From Solirubrobacteraceae bacterium (GTDB lineage: Bacteria; Actinomycetota; Thermoleophilia; Solirubrobacterales; Solirubrobacteraceae), in contig DATBPB010000066.1 of assembly GCA_036561565.1 (NCBI GenBank), forward strand, positions 14,211 to 78,210: a stretch of DNA of 64,000 nucleotides, read 5' to 3'. Shown one piece after another: positions 59,551 to 64,000 of the stretch. A program made the translations under genes and the position numbers. Under the pieces are notes generated by a model that saw nothing but the letters and a program-made list of their open reading frames with translations, made no database searches and had not been told where the DNA came from. Each line of letters starts with the position of its first letter. The stretch's first letter is position 1.

Positions 59551-60392
59551 GAGCCCCAGATCGCCCAGCGCAGCGGCTCTGTCAACGAGACGCGCTTCCC
59601 GTCGCGCTCGATGGCGTACACGCGGTCAAAGATCTCGCCCTTGGCGAGCAGCTCGTCGCGATCGACCAGCGCGCCGCCCTGCGCCGACACGCCGAACACG
59701 CCGAGCTCGGCGATGTGCGGGTTGCACTCGATCGTCGCGAGCAGGCCGGGAATCCGCGTCTCGAGCCACTGGTAGGGAGTGGGATCCCCGTCGACTGTGT
59801 CCCACGCCGAGACGACGACCGCCATGCGAATCGGCCACAGCGCCCGGCCCACGTCGGCGACGTTCTCGAACACCGAGATCAGCTCGGCGGCGCTGCTCGC
59901 GTGCTCGCGGGGGTCGAACGGGATCGTTGCCGCTGCGTTCGCGCCGTCCCCGTTCGCAGCCTGCGTGGCCCCCCCAAGCACGGCAACCGGCTGAGGCACG
60001 CGGATGCGCTCCGGGTGCACGAACAGCAGGATCCCCGTCGCCTCCTCGCAGATCCCACGCAGCGGCGCGTACCAGACACGTTGTTCGAAGAGCAGGCGCA
60101 GCGACTCGCCGGAGGTGTCCGGGACGAGCAGGTCAGCCGTGCCGTTGGCCTCGAAATCGAGCGTTACGGCGAGCTGGCCGCTCGTCTCGAGCGTCGTTCG
60201 CTCGACCTCCTGAGCCCGCGCGACCTGGTCGGCGAGTCGCTGGACGTAGGCGCGATCGCCGCTGAAGCTGGCCTCGGTGACGGACCGATCGAGCGGGGAC
60301 TGCACGAGCGCCCAGAGCGTCCCGAGGTAGGTCGACTTTCCGCTGCGCGGCATCCCAAGCAGCGCGACGCGAGGCCGCGGGCGTTCGCTCAC
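59547..60392 (-). CDS. P-loop GTPase-like protein B (gene 3)
   Basis: GTG at 60392 overlaps the upstream stop (GTGA). G1 VALLGMPRSGKST. G3 LLVPDTSGE. G4-like VVVSAWD. G5-like GVSAQGG. Confidence 0.7.
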   Translation of the reverse strand: MSERPRPRVALLGMPRSGKSTYLGTLWALVQSPLDRSVTEASFSGDRAYVQRLADQVARAQEVERTTLETSGQLAVTLDFEANGTADLLVPDTSGESLRLLFEQRVWYAPLRGICEEATGILLFVHPERIRVPQPVAVLGGATQAANGDGANAAATIPFDPREHASSAAELISVFENVADVGRALWPIRMAVVVSAWDTVDGDPTPYQWLETRIPGLLATIECNPHIAELGVFGVSAQGGALVDRDELLAKGEIFDRVYAIERDGKRVSLTEPLRWAIWGS

Positions 60393-61291
60393 AGCTCATA
60401 CCCCACGTTCGTGCGGCCGGGCTCGAGCTCCGCGGCAGGGGCCGGAATCGTCTCGTGCCGCTCGCCGCTGCACAGCCAGCGCACAAGCTCACCGAGGCCG
60501 GCGGGCTCCGCGGCGAGCCCCGGTAGCGCGGTCCGCACGCTCGTCGTCTCGGGGTCGACGCCGCGCACGGTCGAGAGAAGATGGGGCTCGTGCCGGCGAA
60601 CCGCCCGTTCGCCTGCCGCTGTCAGCGCGTCGGCCTTGGTCAGGGCGATCGCCACGCGCGCGCTCGCGCGGACGGCACCCGAGCCACGCAGCGCGAGAAT
60701 CTGACGCAGCGCCCGCGTCGCGGCGATCTCGGACTCGCCCGGTGTCGAGAGCGCCTCGCCGTCGAGGACGACGACGAAGCGGTCGGCGTGAGCGGCCAAC
60801 GGCAGTTCCTGAAGCAACGGCCGGCCCTCGCGGACGCGCTCGAAGACGCCACCGCCGAGATCGGCGAAGACGAGCTCGACGAGCTCGCCGCTCGGCGGCC
60901 TGACGCGCATGTGGAGGAGAAAAGCATCCTCGTCGGCGGTTGGCGGGAAGCGCTCGCGGAGATGACCGGACTCGATCCGCCCGCCGTGGGCGCGGCGTTC
61001 GAAGCCGAGCGCCGTGCGAGTGCCGGCGAGGCGGTGCTCGGCCAGGCCGTTCGCGGTCTGCATCCGCTGCCACAGCGAGACGAGCAACGCCGTCTTGCCG
61101 GTGCCCGGCTCGCCCATCAGCAGCACCAGCCGCGAGCCTCGACCGCGCCGCAGCCCGCGCGCCTCGGCGAGCGTCATCGCCTCGCCCGAGATCGCCGTGT
61201 CCGATTCCTCCGAACTGGGCTCGAGCCGCGCGTCGGCCTGCTCGAGGGCCTCGATCCAGGAGCGCTCGCGCTGGCCGTCCGGCTCGCTCAT
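60389..61291 (-). CDS. P-loop GTPase-like protein A (gene 2)
   Basis: ATG at 61291 overlaps the upstream stop (ATGA). G1 LLMGEPGTGKTAL. G3 VFADLGGG. G4 IALTKAD. Confidence 0.7.
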   Translation of the reverse strand: MSEPDGQRERSWIEALEQADARLEPSSEESDTAISGEAMTLAEARGLRRGRGSRLVLLMGEPGTGKTALLVSLWQRMQTANGLAEHRLAGTRTALGFERRAHGGRIESGHLRERFPPTADEDAFLLHMRVRPPSGELVELVFADLGGGVFERVREGRPLLQELPLAAHADRFVVVLDGEALSTPGESEIAATRALRQILALRGSGAVRASARVAIALTKADALTAAGERAVRRHEPHLLSTVRGVDPETTSVRTALPGLAAEPAGLGELVRWLCSGERHETIPAPAAELEPGRTNVGYEL

Positions 61292-61887
61292 CGCGCGATC
61301 GCCTCAGCCAGCGGGATCAGCTTTCCGGAGCTGCGCGCGCGCTCGAGGATCGCGTGCTCGCGCGCGATGCCGTGCGTCTCCTCAAGTCCCTTGAGCAGGT
61401 CGAGAGACCGGGCGGCGCGGTAGCGGACGTCGGGCGCGACGCGCATCACATCGATGATCACGGCGTGCTCGGCGGCGCTGATCGGCTCAGACGGCTCCTC
61501 GCCGGCCGCGCCTTCGTCCGCCGGCTCCTCGACCCGCGCGGCGAGCCCCGCCCAGCCGGCGGTGGAGAGCGGCTCATACGCCGGCTCGCCACGCTCCGCC
61601 TCGACGGTCGCGAGCACCGCCGGAGCGGATTCGACCACCGCCGGCTCTGGAGCAACGACCGGCGGGATGGCCTCGGTCGGCTCCAGATCGGCGTCCTCCA
61701 CGGGCTGCGCGGCAGGCGGCTCAGGCGCCGCCTCGGTGTGAACCACGGGCGGCTCCCGGGGCTCCTCGCGCTCCTCGCGAGCCGGCGTCAGCGGCTCATC
61801 GAAGAGCGGGGCGTAGGGACCCGGCATCGGCCCGTCGTCGGGGCCGGCCCGCGGGCGCGATTTGCCGCGGAACAGACGCCCGAACAT
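61288..61887 (-). CDS. Pro/Glu/Ala-rich low-complexity protein with ~65-aa helical C-terminal domain (gene 1 of the GTPase operon)
   Basis: 199 aa. Residues ~20-130 are PE/PA-rich (…EPREPPVVHTEAAPEPPAAQPVEDADLEPTEAIPPVVAPEPAVVE…). The C-terminus is AEHAVIIDVMRVAPDVRYRAARSLDLLKGLEETHGIAREHAILERAR…. Confidence 0.55.
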   Translation of the reverse strand: MFGRLFRGKSRPRAGPDDGPMPGPYAPLFDEPLTPAREEREEPREPPVVHTEAAPEPPAAQPVEDADLEPTEAIPPVVAPEPAVVESAPAVLATVEAERGEPAYEPLSTAGWAGLAARVEEPADEGAAGEEPSEPISAAEHAVIIDVMRVAPDVRYRAARSLDLLKGLEETHGIAREHAILERARSSGKLIPLAEAIAR

Positions 61888-62036
61888 CAGCTCGCCTGCC
61901 GCGAGAGAGGAGCGGGCTGATACCCGTTGGCCGATGAGATCTGCATCGCGTCAGTACTACCCATCGCCGCTGCGGGCGAACGCTAGCACCAGCCCGCGAG
62001 CACGCGTGGCTCGTCGTGGGGCGCCAGAATGGCGAC

Positions 62037-62243
62037 ATGGAGGTGCAGCGCGGGATCGAAGCGGCCGGGTCGCCCACCGAGCTCGAGGCCGTGGCGATCG
62101 TCGCGGCGATCCAGCGGTTCCTCAGCGACACCGCGCCGCCGGCGCCCCGGGCCTCGGGGCGCGACAGCGGATGGCTGCGGGCTGCACGGCTTGAGGCGGT
62201 TGGCCTCGATGCCACGGCAAACCCCCATTTCTTAAAACTCTAG
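62037..62243 (+). CDS. Small protein resembling the acyl-CoA carboxylase epsilon subunit (tentative)
   Basis: 68 aa from the ATG at 62037, with GC-rich third codon positions. MEVQRGIEAAGSPTELEAVAIVAAIQRF…PPAPRASGRDSGWLRAARLE resembles AccE/PccE-type peptides from memory. It is on the same strand as pccB. Confidence 0.4.
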   Translation: MEVQRGIEAAGSPTELEAVAIVAAIQRFLSDTAPPAPRASGRDSGWLRAARLEAVGLDATANPHFLKL

Positions 62244-62260
62244 AAAGGCGCCTGCCTTTC
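62243..62260 (+). terminator. Short hairpin at the stop codon of the epsilon-like ORF (terminator or operator candidate)
   Basis: GAAAGGC (62243-62249) and GCCTTTC (62254-62260) form a 7-bp stem with a 4-nt loop, inside an unusually AT-rich 55-nt patch. Confidence 0.3.
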
Positions 62261-62262
62261 AG

Positions 62263-62268
62263 TAGTAT
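62263..62268 (+). promoter_or_regulatory. Putative -10 element (TAGTAT) for a leaderless sulfite-reductase transcript
   Basis: TAGTAT is followed by 6 nt and then the ATG at 62275, the same geometry as upstream of vapB. It lies in an AT-rich patch (62221-62275). Confidence 0.3.
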
Positions 62269-62274
62269 CTAGGG

Positions 62275-64000
62275 ATGGCCTCCACCCCGCGCGGCTCGCT
62301 GGCCGATCCCGAGGTGTATGAGAACGTCCCCGGGCACGTCATCCCGATCCTCGAGCGCGAGTTCGACGACTTCGACACGCAGGCCGGGAAGTTCCTCGCC
62401 GGCGAGACGCCCGAGGACGAGTTCATCGGCTTCCGCCTCAAGCAGGGCGTCTACGGGCAGCGCCAGATCGAGCGCCAGATGGTCCGCGTCAAGCTCCCCT
62501 TCGGCGGGATCAACCCCGAACAGATGGAGGCCTTCGCGGAGGCCGTCGAGCGCTGGGTTCCGCTGCGCAAGGGTCACATCACGACCCGTCAGAACGTGCA
62601 GATGCACCACGTGCCGCTGCCCGACGCAGCCAAGCTGATCCGCGACATCTCCCGCAGCGGCCTGTCCTCGCGCGAAGGCTGCGGCAACACGATGCGGAAC
62701 GTGACCGGCGATCCGTGGGCGGGAATCAGCGACGGCGAGCTTTTCGACCCGACTCCCTACGTCGGCGCCTACGTCCGCTACTTCGTGCGCAACGAGGTAT
62801 GCCAGCTGATGCCGCGCAAGTTCAAGACGGCGTTCGCGGCGACAGACGAGGACGTCGCGATCACGGGCATTCACGACGGCGGGTTCCTGCCGCGAGTCAG
62901 GGACGGCCGCCGCGGATTCGAGCTTCGCGTCGGCGGCGGCACCTCGATCATGCCGCGCGTCGCGCCGACTCTCTATGAGTTCGTCGGCGCCGACGACGGC
63001 GAGTACCTGAAGGTGATGGAGGCGGTACTGCGGATCTTCAACCGCCAGGACGAGCTGCGAGCCAACCGCGCCCGAGCCCGCATCAAGGTGCTGATCGACA
63101 AGATCGGCATCGACGCCTTCCGCGAGATGGTCGAGGAGGAGCTGCGCGGAGACTGGGTCGGCGAGCGCGACTTCGATCCCGCGCCGCTGCTGTTCGCCTA
63201 CGACGAGGAGGCGGGCGCGCCGGAGCTTCGCGACCACTACCGCCAGCCCGAGGGCTCCGAGCCCGAGTTCACGCGCTTCGTCGAGCTCAACACGCAGCCT
63301 CAGCGCCAGGAGGGCTTCGTCAGCGTCGAGGTCCGCGTGATCCGCGGCGACCTGACCCCCGAGCAGTTCCGCGGGATCGCCGCGATCATGCGCGATCACT
63401 CCGGCGGCTACGCGCGCACGACCGTTCAGCAGAACCTCGTGCTGCGCTGGGTGCGTCCGCAGGCGCTCTATGAGGTGTGGCTCGCGCTGCGCGAGCTGGG
63501 TCTCGCCGACGCCGGCCCGCGCACGACCGAGGACGTCGTCAGCTGCCCTGGAACCGACTCCTGCAAGCTCGGCATCACGAGCTCGATGGGGCTCAACGCG
63601 GCGGTCCAGGAGCGCATCGAGTCGATGCGGCTCACCGATCCGCTGAGCAGCCGGATCCACATCAAGATGAGCGGCTGCCCGAACGGCTGCGGGCAGCATC
63701 ACATCGCCAACATCGGCTTCACGGGCGCCTCGATCAAGATCGGCGAGCGCACCGTCCCCGCCTACATCCCGATGATCGGCGGGAGCTTCGCCGACGGCGG
63801 CGTCGCGATCGGCCAGCGGCTGAAGTCGCGCCTGCCGGCGAAGCGCGTGCCCGACGCCGTCGAGCGCTGGATCCGCGCCTACGAGGACGAGCGCGTCGAG
63901 GGCGAGACGTTCAACGAGTACGTCGAGCGGATCGGGACGGGACGCTTCGAGGAGCTCGTCAAGGACCTCGCGCTGCCGCCCGAGTTCTCGCTGGAGACGA
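62275..64000 (+). CDS. sir: Ferredoxin-dependent sulfite (nitrite/sulfite) reductase hemoprotein, NirA/Sir type (partial; runs off the window end)
   Basis: Absent from the ORF track because there is no stop in the window. My translation from ATG 62275: MASTPRGSLADPEVYENVPGHV…FRLKQGVYGQRQ…TTRQNVQMHH…REGCGNTMRNVTG…VVSCPGTDSCKLGITSS…IKMSGCPNGCGQHH (siroheme/4Fe-4S Cys cluster). The 477-aa track ORF on the minus strand is its antisense shadow. Confidence 0.85.
   Translation, partial: MASTPRGSLADPEVYENVPGHVIPILEREFDDFDTQAGKFLAGETPEDEFIGFRLKQGVYGQRQIERQMVRVKLPFGGINPEQMEAFAEAVERWVPLRKGHITTRQNVQMHHVPLPDAAKLIRDISRSGLSSREGCGNTMRNVTGDPWAGISDGELFDPTPYVGAYVRYFVRNEVCQLMPRKFKTAFAATDEDVAITGIHDGGFLPRVRDGRRGFELRVGGGTSIMPRVAPTLYEFVGADDGEYLKVMEAVLRIFNRQDELRANRARARIKVLIDKIGIDAFREMVEEELRGDWVGERDFDPAPLLFAYDEEAGAPELRDHYRQPEGSEPEFTRFVELNTQPQRQEGFVSVEVRVIRGDLTPEQFRGIAAIMRDHSGGYARTTVQQNLVLRWVRPQALYEVWLALRELGLADAGPRTTEDVVSCPGTDSCKLGITSSMGLNAAVQERIESMRLTDPLSSRIHIKMSGCPNGCGQHHIANIGFTGASIKIGERTVPAYIPMIGGSFADGGVAIGQRLKSRLPAKRVPDAVERWIRAYEDERVEGETFNEYVERIGTGRFEELVKDLALPPEFSLET

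Noticed and set aside
58522-61920. Plus-strand ORFs 58522..59775, 59490..60704, 60581..61423 and 60940..61920, antisense to the GTPase operon.
   Set aside because: They are Arg/Gly/Ala/Pro-rich shadow translations. The minus-strand frames carry Walker-A, DxxG and TKxD motifs, have balanced amino-acid composition, and are linked by precise 4-nt start/stop overlaps.
58507-62036. Mobile-element hallmarks (integrase, transposase, tRNA attachment site, terminal inverted or direct repeats) flanking the GTPase module.
   Set aside because: None were recognised by eye on either side. The left junction is only 6 nt. The insertion hypothesis therefore rests on gene order alone and is reported as inference, not as a mobile_element feature.
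62269-63702. The 477-aa minus-strand ORF, which is the only track ORF covering this region.
   Set aside because: It is Arg/Ala/Asp/Leu-rich with no motifs. The plus strand from ATG 62275 translates without stops to the end of the window into an unmistakable sulfite/nitrite reductase with siroheme/4Fe-4S Cys motifs. That gene is missing from the track only because it has no stop codon inside the window.

Overview
This is a 64-kb window from a very high-GC genome (about 70% or more by eye). Non-ATG starts and 4-nt start/stop overlaps are frequent. Gene content and protein similarities suggest Actinomycetota, but I cannot name the organism.

Positions 1 to ~56.3 kb form one very large Wzx/Wzy-type cell-envelope glycan (O-antigen/EPS-like) biosynthesis supercluster. 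It contains:
- 10 GT4, 4 GT2, 1 GT26 and 2 GT-A-like glycosyltransferases.
- Three large GT-C-like or unknown membrane proteins.
- A WbaP-like priming phosphoglycosyltransferase, a Wzx flippase and a Wzy_C/O-antigen-ligase-like protein.
- Nucleotide-sugar routes: GDP-fucose (two gmd copies plus fcl), a WbpA/B/E/D-like set for UDP-2,3-diacetamido-glucuronate, UDP-xylose synthase, and an extra sugar dehydrogenase and epimerase.
- About 10 predicted methyltransferases, 3 of them FkbM-type.

Embedded in the cluster are a regulatory island (two orphan NarL-type response regulators, one with Glu at the phospho-acceptor site, plus an ECF sigma factor), a densely structured repeat-filled intergenic region, and a vapBC toxin-antitoxin pair.

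The last ~8 kb is housekeeping: an acyl-CoA carboxylase beta subunit, an epsilon-subunit-like small ORF, and ferredoxin-type sulfite reductase, which is open at the window end.

The most interesting signal is a four-gene operon on the opposite strand, wedged between the carboxylase beta gene and the epsilon-like ORF. Its genes are joined by start/stop overlaps. It is built around two divergent P-loop GTPases plus two partner proteins with no assignable function. I consider it a candidate uncharacterised NTPase-centred conflict or signalling system.

No rRNA, tRNA, CRISPR array, transposase or integrase was recognised. All calls come from reading the sequence and the ORF translations; no database searches were run.
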